From Candidatus Niyogibacteria bacterium (GTDB taxonomy: Bacteria > Patescibacteriota > Minisyncoccia > HO2-45-28): a DNA stretch of 64,000 nucleotides. Below, piece after piece: positions 18,025 through 27,574 of the stretch. The stretch is taken from contig JACOYI010000005.1 of NCBI GenBank assembly GCA_016181935.1, positions 595-64,594 on the forward strand. Direction: 5' to 3'. Positions within the stretch are counted from its first letter, which is position 1. Each line of letters starts with the position of its first letter. The translations under genes and the position numbers were made by a program. The notes below the pieces were generated by a model. It had not been told where the DNA came from, made no database searches, and saw only the letters and a program-made list of their open reading frames with translations.

Positions 18025-18258
18025 ATGTCAAGTCCCGAGCAAAAAATCGCAAAAATCGAGATCGACCGCGAGCTCTGCATCGGTGCGGCGACCTGTGTGG
18101 CGCTTGCGCCCGGCGTGTTTGCGCTCGACAAGGAAAACAAAGCGTATGTTGTGGACGAGAACGGCGCCGATCAGGAGATGATACGATTGGCCGCCGAATC
18201 GTGCCCGACCAAGGCCATTTCATTATTCGATAAAGAGGGAAAACAAATTTACCCATGA
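18025..18258 (+). CDS. Small ferredoxin ([4Fe-4S]/[3Fe-4S] single-cluster type)
   Basis: 77 aa. CIGAATCVALAP ... ESCP Cys pattern of Pyrococcus-type ferredoxins. Confidence 0.7.
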   Translation: MSSPEQKIAKIEIDRELCIGAATCVALAPGVFALDKENKAYVVDENGADQEMIRLAAESCPTKAISLFDKEGKQIYP

Positions 18259-18866
18259 AATTCGAATTGCCGAAATTACCGTATGCTTACGATGCGCTCG
18301 AGCCGCATATCGACGTGCGGACGATGGAGATCCATCACGGCAAGCATCATGCGGGGTACGTGGACAAGCTGAATGCGGTGCTCGATGGCCGTCCGGAATC
18401 ACAAAAATCCATTGATGAATTGATTCGTGATCTGAATACATTACCGGAGGATGTTCGGATCGCCGTGCGGAATTTCGGCGGCGGGCATCTGAACCATTCA
18501 ATTTTCTGGACCTCGATGAAGCCGCCATCAGAGGGCGGGGGCGGGGAGCCGGCAGGGCCGCTCCGTGAAATGCTCGAGCACGATTTCGGGGGATTCGTGA
18601 AATTCAAGGAAACATTCGATAAAGCGGCCGTGAGTTTATTTGGCAGCGGATATGCGTGGCTGGTGGCGGATGGCGAAGGAAAACTTTCTGTGATGATGAC
18701 GCAAAATCAGGATTGCCCGCTTACGCAGGGATTCATCCCGCTTTTCGTCATCGACGTGTGGGAGCATGCGTATTATTTGAAATACCAGAACCGGCGCAAT
18801 GAGTACGTCGCCGCGTGGTGGAATCTGGTGAATTGGGACGAGGTTGAGCGCCGGTTCAGGCCCTAA
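18255..18866 (+). CDS. sodA: Fe/Mn superoxide dismutase
   Basis: 203 aa. LPYAYDALEPHI, HHGKHH, DVWEHAYY metal-ligand motifs. Confidence 0.9.
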   Translation: MKFELPKLPYAYDALEPHIDVRTMEIHHGKHHAGYVDKLNAVLDGRPESQKSIDELIRDLNTLPEDVRIAVRNFGGGHLNHSIFWTSMKPPSEGGGGEPAGPLREMLEHDFGGFVKFKETFDKAAVSLFGSGYAWLVADGEGKLSVMMTQNQDCPLTQGFIPLFVIDVWEHAYYLKYQNRRNEYVAAWWNLVNWDEVERRFRP

Positions 18867-19062
18867 TGGCGCGCTTTTGCATGCTTCTTTCTCGACACGC
18901 TCGTTCCGCCCTGCGAGCGGAACTCCCTCTATCCTCGGCTCGCTCGTTTCGCGTATGGCGCTGCGCGCAATTATACGCGAAACACCGTGCTCACTCGCCT
19001 GCGGACGGTCTCGAAAAAAGCATGCATCAGCGCTTCAATCTAATCTTTTAACACCTTTAATC

Positions 19063-19287
19063 ATGTTCAACCAAGTCAAAGAAATCCTCGAGCGCGATAT
19101 CCGGCCGCTGTTGGCGATGCATGCGGGCGATGCGGAATTGATCGCGGTCGAGGACGGCGTTGTGAAATTGCGCTTGAAGGGGACATGCCACGGGTGTATG
19201 CTCTCCGAAGTCACGCTGAAAGCCGGTGTCGAGCAATTGCTGAAATCCAAGCTTGACGGTATCAAAAGCGTGGAAGCGGTGGAATGA
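19063..19287 (+). CDS. nfu: NifU-like C-terminal domain protein (Nfu-type Fe-S carrier)
   Basis: ATG at 19063. 74 aa with the CHGCMLS CxxC motif. The upstream part of the listed ORF is rejected as a low-complexity GC frame. Confidence 0.75.
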   Translation: MFNQVKEILERDIRPLLAMHAGDAELIAVEDGVVKLRLKGTCHGCMLSEVTLKAGVEQLLKSKLDGIKSVEAVE

Positions 19288-19322
19288 ATAGAACTCATTC
19301 CAAAACCATTGGCAGGAATGAG

Positions 19323-19416
19323 CGCATGTCGCGAGTAGGATTCTCGGAGCGCGACGGCGCGAGAGTAAGCCGATTCTTCAGCAGAAGAATACGGCGTGCC
19401 TACTCGCGGCATGCGC
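19323..19416 (+). promoter_or_regulatory. 94-nt imperfect palindrome / compound hairpin in the nfu-iscS spacer (candidate leader structure or operator)
   Basis: GCGCATGTCGCGAGTAGG ... CCTACTCGCGGCATGCGC (17 of 18 bp) enclosing an inner hairpin ATTCTTCAGCAGAAGAAT. Ends 16 nt before the iscS ATG. Confidence 0.4.
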
Positions 19417-19431
19417 GAGAGGGGTTTTGAA

Positions 19432-20667
19432 ATGAGTTCTAAAAAATTGATTTATCTGGATCACGCGGCGACCACCCCGGCGGACCCCGAGGTGGTTTTG
19501 GCGATGGAGCCGTATTGGCGCGATGTCGCTGCGAATCCGTCGTCCCTGCACCGGTGCGGACAGGCGGCCATCAAAGCCGTGGACGAAGCGCGGGAGGCCA
19601 TCGCAACATTCATGGGCGCCGCACACCCGCGCGAAATCATTTTTACGGGTTCGGCGACCGAAGCGAATAATCTTGCGATTCGCGGCATTGTCAAAAACTC
19701 GGTTTTTGACAAACCACATGTCGTTACGACCGCGATCGAACACGCGTCGGTTTTGGAAACGGTTCGTGCGCTTGCCCGCCAAAATTTTGCTTCGCAAAAC
19801 TTAGGCGGGCGAGAACAAACGGGCACGATCGAAGCGACGATCCTGCCGGTCGGTAGCGATGGCCGCGTATCGCCGGATGCGGTTCGAGCGGCCGTAAAAG
19901 AAAATACGGCGCTTGTCAGCATCGGCTATGCGAACAACGAGATCGGCACGCTCCAGCCGGTCGCCGAAATCGCGAAGGTGATTCGGGAGTTCCGAAAAAC
20001 CCAGTCTCCGCGCCTCCAGCCTCCAGCTTCTAGTCTCCAGCATCCAGTGTTTCATACCGACGCGGTTCAGGCGGCGCCGTGGCTGGATGTGGACGTAAAA
20101 AAACTCGGCGTCGATATGATGACCATTTCCGCGCACAAAATGTACGGCCCGAAGGGCGCGGGCGCGCTGTATGTAAAAGACGGAATACAGCTCGAGCCCG
20201 TTATCTACGGCGGAGGACAGGAATACGGATTGCGTTCCGGAACGGAAAATGTTCCGGCGATCGTTGGATTCGCAAAAGCCGCAGAAATGACGGGGGAATG
20301 GAAAAAAAGCGCGGCGAATATCGGCGTCATCGAAAAATTTCGCGACGATGCATGGAAAGAAGTACAGGCGATCGCACCGAATGCGGAATTGAACGGACCT
20401 GTCAAAAACCGTCTGCCGAACAATCTCAATATTTTTATTCCCGATGTCGATCCGGAAATTTTTCTGGTTGCACTTTCGGAAGACGGCATCTGTGTGTCGT
20501 CGGGCTCGGCGTGCGCCGCGCGCGCGCTCGGCGAATCGCATGTCATCACCGCGATCGGCAAGGGGGGTAACGATGGATGCCATTTGCGCATCACGTTTGG
20601 CCGGCAGACGACAGAGGACGATATCCGCGCGCTCGTCGCGGCAATGAAAAAGCGCCTCTCGGTTTGA
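19432..20667 (+). CDS. iscS: Cysteine desulfurase (IscS/NifS type) carrying an in-frame heptamer-repeat insertion
   Basis: MSSKKLIYLDHAATTP start with GAGAGGGG RBS. PLP Lys (SAHKMYGPKG) and catalytic Cys (SSGSACAA). Extra segment QSPRLQPPASSLQHP is encoded by (CTCCAGC)n at 20003-20049. Confidence 0.85.
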   Translation: MSSKKLIYLDHAATTPADPEVVLAMEPYWRDVAANPSSLHRCGQAAIKAVDEAREAIATFMGAAHPREIIFTGSATEANNLAIRGIVKNSVFDKPHVVTTAIEHASVLETVRALARQNFASQNLGGREQTGTIEATILPVGSDGRVSPDAVRAAVKENTALVSIGYANNEIGTLQPVAEIAKVIREFRKTQSPRLQPPASSLQHPVFHTDAVQAAPWLDVDVKKLGVDMMTISAHKMYGPKGAGALYVKDGIQLEPVIYGGGQEYGLRSGTENVPAIVGFAKAAEMTGEWKKSAANIGVIEKFRDDAWKEVQAIAPNAELNGPVKNRLPNNLNIFIPDVDPEIFLVALSEDGICVSSGSACAARALGESHVITAIGKGGNDGCHLRITFGRQTTEDDIRALVAAMKKRLSV

Positions 20668-20673
20668 GAGGCG

Positions 20674-21819
20674 CTACGATGCTTTGGGGTTTTTCCACAG
20701 AAAACGGAGTGTTTCGATATCTTCGCCGGGTTCGGCGCCGATATCGGGTTCCGATTTTATTTGTTCGATCAATTCACGAGTGGCGGAGTCCCGGATCATG
20801 TGTATATGCGTGAAATATGCGTGCTCCGGCGGCGGTTCCTTGCGTTCGATTCGTTCGAGTTTTTCCGGCTCGGATTCGATCGCCGGCGGGGCATCGATGG
20901 GGAACCATCGGGCCTCCCGCGTTTGAAGCGGTCCTTCGGGGGATCGCGCTTGTGTTTTCGGGTTGCCATGATTCATTGCAACGCAGAAAAAAATCGTCCG
21001 AAAATAGGGCCGGCTTTCCTCCTCGTTTTTTCTCATGAGTTCGGCTTTGATCTCATCCGGCGCCGGATCGTGACCGAGATATTCTTTCAATGGTTCGATG
21101 ATCGAGTGCCAACGCGCTAAAACATGAACTGCGGTTTCGCTCTGCTTTGCGAGCAAATCCCGATTGGTCTCGATCTCGTTGGCAGTCGGTTCGCGGCCGA
21201 GCTTTTGTTTCAGTAAATCGGTCGGATCTCGCCTTGCGCGCCAGTCCAGATTGGTCTCGATCTCGTTGGCAGTCGGTTCGCGGCCGAGCTTTTGTTTCAG
21301 CCGACCCGCCGATTTTATGATCCGGCTGATCTCCCGGTCCGGATTCAGGACAATGCCCTCTTTGCATTGCGTAAGGATCCGGATTTTTCTTTTGCTTCCG
21401 GGGATCGGAACGTCTTCGCACCACGCCAGAAATCTGATCCTAACCCTGAATTCTTCGAATGCCTCTCGGATCGCGGTGCATTCGGGCGGTTCGGTCCATT
21501 GATTGCCGGATCGTTCGAACAGTTTTTTATACTGACCGCGGATGGCCGGATCGAGATCCGCAATAAAGGCGGAAACATCAACGGCGCTGAACGATTCGGA
21601 GCGTCCGCCGATGAGCCCCCAACCCTCCGGTTTTCCGGCCGGATACGGCAGATTGTATACGCACGCCACGTTTTCAAAGGAAGAATTCACGATAAAGTCG
21701 ACAACGTGATGGTCTCCTCGTCTCACGGTCTTTTCGAAAAGATCCAGCCGTGCGTCTTCGATCGGGATCATTTCGTCCAATAGAGTGAGGGGGGAGGCCC
21801 CTCTGCTCACATACGGCAT
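20674..21819 (-). CDS. Hypothetical protein (381 aa) with a tandem 17-aa repeat containing a sigma-70 region-3-like LGREPT motif
   Basis: ATG 21819 with GAGGAGGG RBS. Perfect tandem DNA duplication around 21160-21300 encodes LKQKLGREPTANEIETN twice. Confidence 0.6.
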   Translation of the reverse strand: MPYVSRGASPLTLLDEMIPIEDARLDLFEKTVRRGDHHVVDFIVNSSFENVACVYNLPYPAGKPEGWGLIGGRSESFSAVDVSAFIADLDPAIRGQYKKLFERSGNQWTEPPECTAIREAFEEFRVRIRFLAWCEDVPIPGSKRKIRILTQCKEGIVLNPDREISRIIKSAGRLKQKLGREPTANEIETNLDWRARRDPTDLLKQKLGREPTANEIETNRDLLAKQSETAVHVLARWHSIIEPLKEYLGHDPAPDEIKAELMRKNEEESRPYFRTIFFCVAMNHGNPKTQARSPEGPLQTREARWFPIDAPPAIESEPEKLERIERKEPPPEHAYFTHIHMIRDSATRELIEQIKSEPDIGAEPGEDIETLRFLWKNPKAS

Positions 21820-21901
21820 GGGTCGGCCCTCCTCAGCTAGTTGACGAACAATACTCGTTTCGGCTATTATTATATGGATATAGAGATTTAATGTCAAGCC
21901 T

Positions 21902-23143
21902 ATGCGAATGGAAGAACTGACAAAGACCCAGCTGGTGCTTTTGGTGCTTCTCGTGAGCTTTGTGACATCGCTTGTCACGGGGATCGTTTCTGTTACGCTC
22001 GTGAATCAGGCGCCCGCGCAAGTGACGCAGACCATCAACCGCGTTTTCGAAAAAGTGGTTCAGGAAAAAGAAGTGGACCTGTCCAAACTTCAGGCGCTGG
22101 TATCGAACCCGGAGGATCTCGTGACAAAACTCGTGGACGCGACGCTTCCTGCGGTGGTTTCGGTCATTGCGACCAAAGATGTTCCGGTGTTCGAGCGGTA
22201 TTTTGTGAATCCATTCGGAAACGACGATATTTTCGGAGATTTTTTGATCCCGCAGTATCGTCAGAAAGGAACGGAGTCGCGTCAAATTTCATCCGGCACC
22301 GGCTTCTTTGTGTCGGAGGATGGGTTGCTGGTAACAAATAAGCACGTGGTTTCGGATGTGGCCGCCGAGTATTCGGTTGTCATGAATGACGGACGCAAGC
22401 TCGCGGCAAAAGTATTGGCGCGCGATCCGCTCCAGGATATCGCGATCTTGAAAGTTGACGGAACATTTACGTATATCGGGCTTGCGGATTCCGATACGAT
22501 CAAAGTCGGACAGACCGTTGTTGCGATCGGCAATGTGCTCGGAGAATTCCAAAATACGGTTTCTTTGGGCGTTGTTTCCGGTTTGCACCGCTCCATTATG
22601 GCCGGCGGTCCGGAAGGGGTAGAAACATTGTCCGAGGTCATCCAGACGGATGCCGCGATCAATAGGGGTAATTCCGGCGGGCCGCTCCTGAATCTTGCGG
22701 GGCGCGCCATCGGCATCAATACGGCGGTTGCGCAGGGCGCAGAGAATGTCGGCTTTGCGCTGCCTGCGAATTTCATCCGCAAGACGCTCGAAGATGTTCG
22801 TGAATTTGGAACAGTTCGGTACGGCTATGTGGGCGTGCGGTATGTCATTGTCACCCCCGATATTCAAACGGCGCGAAAATTATCGGTGGATCACGGGGCG
22901 CTCATCGAAAAAGGCGCGAATGGCGAGGTTGCGGTGCTCGCGGATTCCCCAGCGGCAAAAGCAGGGCTTCGCGAGGGCGATATCATTTTGTCGTTCGACG
23001 GGCGCGATATCACGAAAGACGATACGCTTGCCGCGATGATCAATAAAAAGCGGATCGGCGATGCCATCGAATTGACAATTCATCGCGATGGCGGCGTCGA
23101 GACGGTGACATTAACGCTCGAGGAACGACCCGCCAATTTGTAA
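21902..23143 (+). CDS. htrA: HtrA/DegP-family serine protease with PDZ domain
   Basis: 413 aa. N-terminal TM anchor. Catalytic triad contexts (TNKHVV; D; GNSGGPL) and a C-terminal PDZ. Confidence 0.85.
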   Translation: MRMEELTKTQLVLLVLLVSFVTSLVTGIVSVTLVNQAPAQVTQTINRVFEKVVQEKEVDLSKLQALVSNPEDLVTKLVDATLPAVVSVIATKDVPVFERYFVNPFGNDDIFGDFLIPQYRQKGTESRQISSGTGFFVSEDGLLVTNKHVVSDVAAEYSVVMNDGRKLAAKVLARDPLQDIAILKVDGTFTYIGLADSDTIKVGQTVVAIGNVLGEFQNTVSLGVVSGLHRSIMAGGPEGVETLSEVIQTDAAINRGNSGGPLLNLAGRAIGINTAVAQGAENVGFALPANFIRKTLEDVREFGTVRYGYVGVRYVIVTPDIQTARKLSVDHGALIEKGANGEVAVLADSPAAKAGLREGDIILSFDGRDITKDDTLAAMINKKRIGDAIELTIHRDGGVETVTLTLEERPANL

Positions 23144-23187
23144 TTTTTAGTTTTTAATTTTTATATTTTAAATTTTATATTGAAACC

Positions 23188-25863
23188 ATGCCCCCATTCG
23201 GAAATTTTACCGTAAAAGCCCAAGAAGCCGTGCGCCGCGCGCATGAGCTGGCGATCGAGCGCGGGCAAAACCAAGTGGATGCTCTGCATTTGCTCGCGGC
23301 GTTGGTTTTGCAGGATGACGGGATCGTGAGTGCGATCCTTGAAAAAATGGACACGGATCCGGATGAAGTGCTCGATTCCGTGATGGCATCCGTGGATTCC
23401 AAGAATCGGACGAATGTTTTGGAAGCGCGGGGCGCCTCGCAGATGTTTCTCTCGGTGGAATTCGGGAGGGTGCTGGAGGCGTCGTTCAAGATCGCGCAGG
23501 CAATGAAAGACGATTATATATCGACCGAACATTTGTTTTTGGCGCTGTTCGACGTTTCGTCGCGCGCAAAAAATATTTTGGCATCCGCGCGCATTGAACG
23601 GGCGCAGGTGGAGCGGGCGCTCGAAGAGGTGCGCGGATCGGGCCATGTGACCGATCTTGAACCCGAAACGAAAATGAAGGTGCTTGAGCGGTACGGCCGG
23701 AATCTGACGAAAATGGCGCGTGAGGATAAATTGGATCCGGTGATCGGCCGCGACGAGGAGATCCGCCGTATCATGCAGATCTTGTCGCGTCGGACGAAAA
23801 ATAATCCCATTGTGATCGGGGAAGCGGGCGTCGGAAAAACGGCGGTCGTCGAGGGGTTGGCGCGCAGGATCGCCGCGGCTGATGTTCCGGATACGCTGAA
23901 AGACCGCGAACTCATCGCGTTGGATCTCGCGTCCCTTGTCGCCGGCACCAAATACCGCGGCGAATTTGAGGAACGCCTCAAAGCCGTGATGCGGGAAGTC
24001 GAACGCTTGGAGGGCAAGGTCATTCTTTTCATTGATGAGCTGCATACGATCGTGGGGGCGGGCGCCGCCGAAGGGGCGATCGATGCCGCGAATATCCTGA
24101 AACCGGCGCTTGCGCGGGGGGAGCTCCATGCGATCGGCGCCACGACCCTTAAAGAATTTCAGCGTCATATCGAAAAGGACCCTGCGCTCACGCGCCGGTT
24201 CCAGCCCGTGTACGTTGAGGAGCCGTCCGCCGATGACGCGGTGGCGATCCTAAGAGGCATCAAAGAGCGCTATGAGATCCATCATGGCGTGCATATCACG
24301 GATGCGGCGATCGTTGCGGCGGTTGGACTGTCCGCGCGCTACATTACGGACCGTTTTTTGCCGGACAAGGCCGTTGATTTAATTGACGAAGCGGCCTCCG
24401 CCTTGCGGTTGGAACTCGATAGCATGCCGGGAGAACTTGAAAAATCGCGCCACCAGATCACGCGTCTTGAGATCGAAAAAGAGGCCCTGAAAAAAGAAAA
24501 GGGCAGCTCGTCTAAAACGAAGATCCGCAAAGCACAGCTCGAGATCGATGAACTTCGGGAAGAATCGTCCGGACTCGAATTGAAATGGAAAAACGAAAAA
24601 GAGGCGATCACGAACATCCGTCAGTTCAAAAAAGACCTCGATGGCTTGAAACTGGAGGCCGATCAGGCGGAGCGCGCCGGAGACCTGACGCGCGTTGCCG
24701 AGATCCGGTATGCGCGGATTCCCGGGATCCAGAAACAACTGGCCGTGGAAGAGGCGCGTCTTAAAAAATTGCAGACGGCGCGGAGCATTTTAAAAGAAAA
24801 AGTGGAGGCCGAGGACATCGCCGGGGTTGTTGCGCGCTGGACCGGCATTCCGGTGATGAATTTGCTCGAAGGCGAGGCCAAAAAACTTCTTCGCATGGAA
24901 GCGGACCTCGCGCGCCGCGTGGTGGGTCAGGACGATTCGATCTCAAAGATCGCGCATGCGGTCCGCCGCTCGCGCGCGGGCATCGGCGATCCCCTGCGTC
25001 CGATCGGTTCGTTCATGTTTTTGGGCCCGACGGGCGTGGGAAAGACGGAACTCGCGCGGCGTCTTGCCGAGTTTTTATTCAACGACGAGCGTGCGCTCGT
25101 GCGCGTGGATATGTCCGAGTTCATGGAAAAACATTCGGTGTCCAAATTCATCGGTTCGCCTCCCGGCTATGTCGGTTACGAAGAAGGGGGGCAGATCGCG
25201 GAATTGATCCGTCACCGGCCGTATGCCGTGGTGCTGTTCGATGAGATCGAAAAGGCGCATCCGGATGTGTTCAATATGATGCTTCAAATTTTGGATGACG
25301 GGCGTCTGACCGACGCGAAAGGCCGCAAGGTGAATTTTAAAAACGCGGTCATCATCATGACATCGAATGTCGGTTCGGAGTTCGCGCGGGAACTCGGCAA
25401 GCTCGGTTTTGAAACCGGGGAGACCGCAGAAGGGGCAGGCAGCAAACATCTGAAAGACCGGATAAAAGCGGCGCTTGTCGAGCGGTTCCGTCCGGAATTT
25501 TTGAATCGGCTGGACGAGGTCATCATTTTCAACGCGCTCGCGAGAACGGACATCGAGAAGATCGTGGATATTCAACTGGCCGACGTCCGGCGCCGGCTTG
25601 CGGAAAAAGGCATCGGCTTCTCGATCGCGGTCGGCGCAAAAGCGCGTCTGACGCAAGAAGGATATGACCCGAATTTCGGCGCACGTCCCCTGAAGCGTCT
25701 GATCCAGACGAAAATTTTGAATGCGGTGGCCGAACGAATGATCGCGGGCGCCGCCAAGGCCGGCGATCAGCTGATGGTGGACGAGAAGAGCGGCGAATTA
25801 GAGGTCAGCGTAAAGACGGAATCCCGCGCGGCAACTCGCAAAAAGAGGAAAATCGTGGTATAA
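23188..25863 (+). CDS. clpB: Chaperone ClpB (AAA+ disaggregase)
   Basis: 891 aa. Two Walker A motifs (GEAGVGKTA; GPTGVGKTE), a coiled-coil M-domain between NBD1 and NBD2, and the Clp N-domain. Confidence 0.95.
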   Translation: MPPFGNFTVKAQEAVRRAHELAIERGQNQVDALHLLAALVLQDDGIVSAILEKMDTDPDEVLDSVMASVDSKNRTNVLEARGASQMFLSVEFGRVLEASFKIAQAMKDDYISTEHLFLALFDVSSRAKNILASARIERAQVERALEEVRGSGHVTDLEPETKMKVLERYGRNLTKMAREDKLDPVIGRDEEIRRIMQILSRRTKNNPIVIGEAGVGKTAVVEGLARRIAAADVPDTLKDRELIALDLASLVAGTKYRGEFEERLKAVMREVERLEGKVILFIDELHTIVGAGAAEGAIDAANILKPALARGELHAIGATTLKEFQRHIEKDPALTRRFQPVYVEEPSADDAVAILRGIKERYEIHHGVHITDAAIVAAVGLSARYITDRFLPDKAVDLIDEAASALRLELDSMPGELEKSRHQITRLEIEKEALKKEKGSSSKTKIRKAQLEIDELREESSGLELKWKNEKEAITNIRQFKKDLDGLKLEADQAERAGDLTRVAEIRYARIPGIQKQLAVEEARLKKLQTARSILKEKVEAEDIAGVVARWTGIPVMNLLEGEAKKLLRMEADLARRVVGQDDSISKIAHAVRRSRAGIGDPLRPIGSFMFLGPTGVGKTELARRLAEFLFNDERALVRVDMSEFMEKHSVSKFIGSPPGYVGYEEGGQIAELIRHRPYAVVLFDEIEKAHPDVFNMMLQILDDGRLTDAKGRKVNFKNAVIIMTSNVGSEFARELGKLGFETGETAEGAGSKHLKDRIKAALVERFRPEFLNRLDEVIIFNALARTDIEKIVDIQLADVRRRLAEKGIGFSIAVGAKARLTQEGYDPNFGARPLKRLIQTKILNAVAERMIAGAAKAGDQLMVDEKSGELEVSVKTESRAATRKKRKIVV

Positions 25864-25949
25864 CTCTGGAGAGCTGGAAACCGGATCGCTGGGAGCCAGA
25901 AAATTTAGTGTCCAGCAATCCAGTTTCCGGCGCCGAGTATTCTAGGGTT

Positions 25950-26034
25950 GCGTGGGTGACAGAGCGGTCAATTGTAACGGGCTGTAAACCCGTCGCCCTT
26001 ACGGGCTACGCAGGTTCGAATCCTGCCCCACGCA
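25950..26034 (+). tRNA. tRNA-Tyr (anticodon GUA), type II with long variable arm
   Basis: Acceptor GCGTGGG/CCCACGC, anticodon stem ACGGG/CCCGT with loop CTGTAAA, variable hairpin GCCC-TTAC-GGGC, T-arm GCAGG-TTCGAAT-CCTGC. Confidence 0.8.
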
Positions 26035-26044
26035 CCGAACATAT

Positions 26045-26115
26045 GCCCGAGTAGTTCAGTGGCAGAACAAATCCATGGTAAGGATTAAACGGGAATTCGA
26101 TTTTCCCCTCGGGCT
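26045..26115 (+). tRNA. tRNA-Thr (anticodon GGU)
   Basis: Acceptor GCCCGAG/CTCGGGC, D-stem GTTC/GAAC, anticodon stem AATCC/GGATT with loop ATGGTAA, T-arm GGGAA-TTCGATT-TTCCC. Confidence 0.8.
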
Positions 26116-26252
26116 CACAGATTGGTCGTCCCGCCGTTGGCGGGACCAATGGCTCATCAAAAATTTCGCACCAGAACGCGCCCTTGACGCGGCGCGGCTT
26201 TTCGTTTAATCTCCAAGTGGGTTTTGAACGTTAAAAAAAAGGAGGTTTTGCG

Positions 26253-26843
26253 ATGGAACCCAAGCGAGGTCTGTTGTGGGCCGGTATCGGCGCGCTCTCG
26301 CTCTCTGCGCTCGGCGCCATTTTCATTTTCCTTTTTGGGAAATTCGGAGAATTGGAAGTGCGGCTTCTTCTGACCGCGCTCACGATCGGATGGTACAGTA
26401 TGTGCGCGTCCGCGACATTCGGTTTTCACGAAAAAGATCTTGGATTCATCACTGTCATCGGCGTTGTGATCTCGGTTGTCGGCGCCTTTACGGCGCTTCA
26501 CGAGATTTGGTTCCCATCCTGGGACTTCTGGGGCGACGATCTAAGAGCCGTTTTTTTCTTCCTCGTAGTGTCGTTCTCGATCGCTCATTCGGCCTTGTTG
26601 CTGAAAATGCAGTTCGGGTCGGGCAGTCGATGGGTGAGCGGCATCAATATCACGACCATGGTCGTTGTTTGGTGTATTGCGGGAATGCTCACTTGGCTTA
26701 TCTTTTCGGATAATTGGCTTGATTTCTCGGAATTCTTTTTCCGGCTTCTTGCGTCGCTCGTGGTGCTTGATCTTTTGGGAACCATCCTTGCGCCGACAGT
26801 GAAAAAACTGACCGCGCAAACTTCGGGAGGGAACCATGCGTAA
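26253..26843 (+). CDS. Hypothetical polytopic membrane protein
   Basis: 196 aa, about 6 hydrophobic helices. Strong RBS AAGGAGG 8 nt upstream. Confidence 0.55.
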   Translation: MEPKRGLLWAGIGALSLSALGAIFIFLFGKFGELEVRLLLTALTIGWYSMCASATFGFHEKDLGFITVIGVVISVVGAFTALHEIWFPSWDFWGDDLRAVFFFLVVSFSIAHSALLLKMQFGSGSRWVSGINITTMVVVWCIAGMLTWLIFSDNWLDFSEFFFRLLASLVVLDLLGTILAPTVKKLTAQTSGGNHA

Positions 26844-27336
26844 AATTCTCGTCGCCGTTCTTTTGCTCGCCGGTTTCACGGCGCCTGCATTGGTAATTCA
26901 TAATTCGCCTGCGTTGGCGAATCATGAAAGCGCATCTGTTGTTACGAATATTCGTCTGATAGCAAATGATACGAGTCATCCGGATTCCAGCATTCCGTTT
27001 CAGGGCGGAGTATTCGTCGGTGCTGGTTGGGGGCTATTAGGAGTCGAGGCGGCCCGCTTTGAATCTTCAAGCAACGAGCCGTTTTCATTTATCGGATTGT
27101 CATCCCAGCCCGTTGTATTTCCGCTGGCCGGACCCAGCAGGACAATCATTCTGTTTCCAGTTCGATGGGTACTTTCCTTGGGCAGTTTGGACGGGACATT
27201 CGGCGGCCGGATCGGCCTCGATATCGTTCTACAATTCAGCGATTACGAGGTCTATAATGTTTTCGCGGGCGCGAGCCAATGGATGAATGTTGACGGTTTG
27301 CGCATCGCGACCTTCGAAATCGGATTCGGCTTCTAA
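26836..27336 (+). CDS. Hypothetical secreted protein (signal peptide, Gly/Ser-rich, beta-rich)
   Basis: MRKILVAVLLLAGFTAPALV signal peptide. Start overlaps the upstream stop (ATGCGTAA). Confidence 0.5.
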   Translation: MRKILVAVLLLAGFTAPALVIHNSPALANHESASVVTNIRLIANDTSHPDSSIPFQGGVFVGAGWGLLGVEAARFESSSNEPFSFIGLSSQPVVFPLAGPSRTIILFPVRWVLSLGSLDGTFGGRIGLDIVLQFSDYEVYNVFAGASQWMNVDGLRIATFEIGFGF

Positions 27337-27364
27337 GGCGCCAAAAGGCGCCTTTTTGTTTTCT

Positions 27365-27391
27365 TGCAATTTTCGCCCTTTTTTCGTATAC
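27365..27391 (+). promoter_or_regulatory. Promoter TTGCAA-17-TATACT for rpmG, leaderless geometry
   Basis: -10 box ends 7 nt before the rpmG ATG (27399). Confidence 0.5.
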
Positions 27392-27398
27392 TTTCCCT

Positions 27399-27557
27399 AT
27401 GCCTCAACCGAATTTGATCAAATTATCGTGCTCGGTCTGCAAGCGCGTCGGCTATTGGTCGCGCAAGAACAAGAAGAAAGTCGAGCGGAAGATCGAGATG
27501 AAAAAATATTGCCGGTGGTGCCGTAAGCACGCGATGCATAAAGAATCCAAGAAATAA
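27399..27557 (+). CDS. rpmG: 50S ribosomal protein L33 (52 aa; below the size cutoff of the ORF track)
   Basis: MPQPNLIKLSCSVCKRVGYWSRKNKKKVERKIEMKKYCRWCRKHAMHKESKK, with two CxxC pairs typical of L33. tRNA-Trp directly downstream, as in many bacteria. Confidence 0.8.
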   Translation: MPQPNLIKLSCSVCKRVGYWSRKNKKKVERKIEMKKYCRWCRKHAMHKESKK

Positions 27558-27574
27558 TTACGAGGTTCGGCCTC

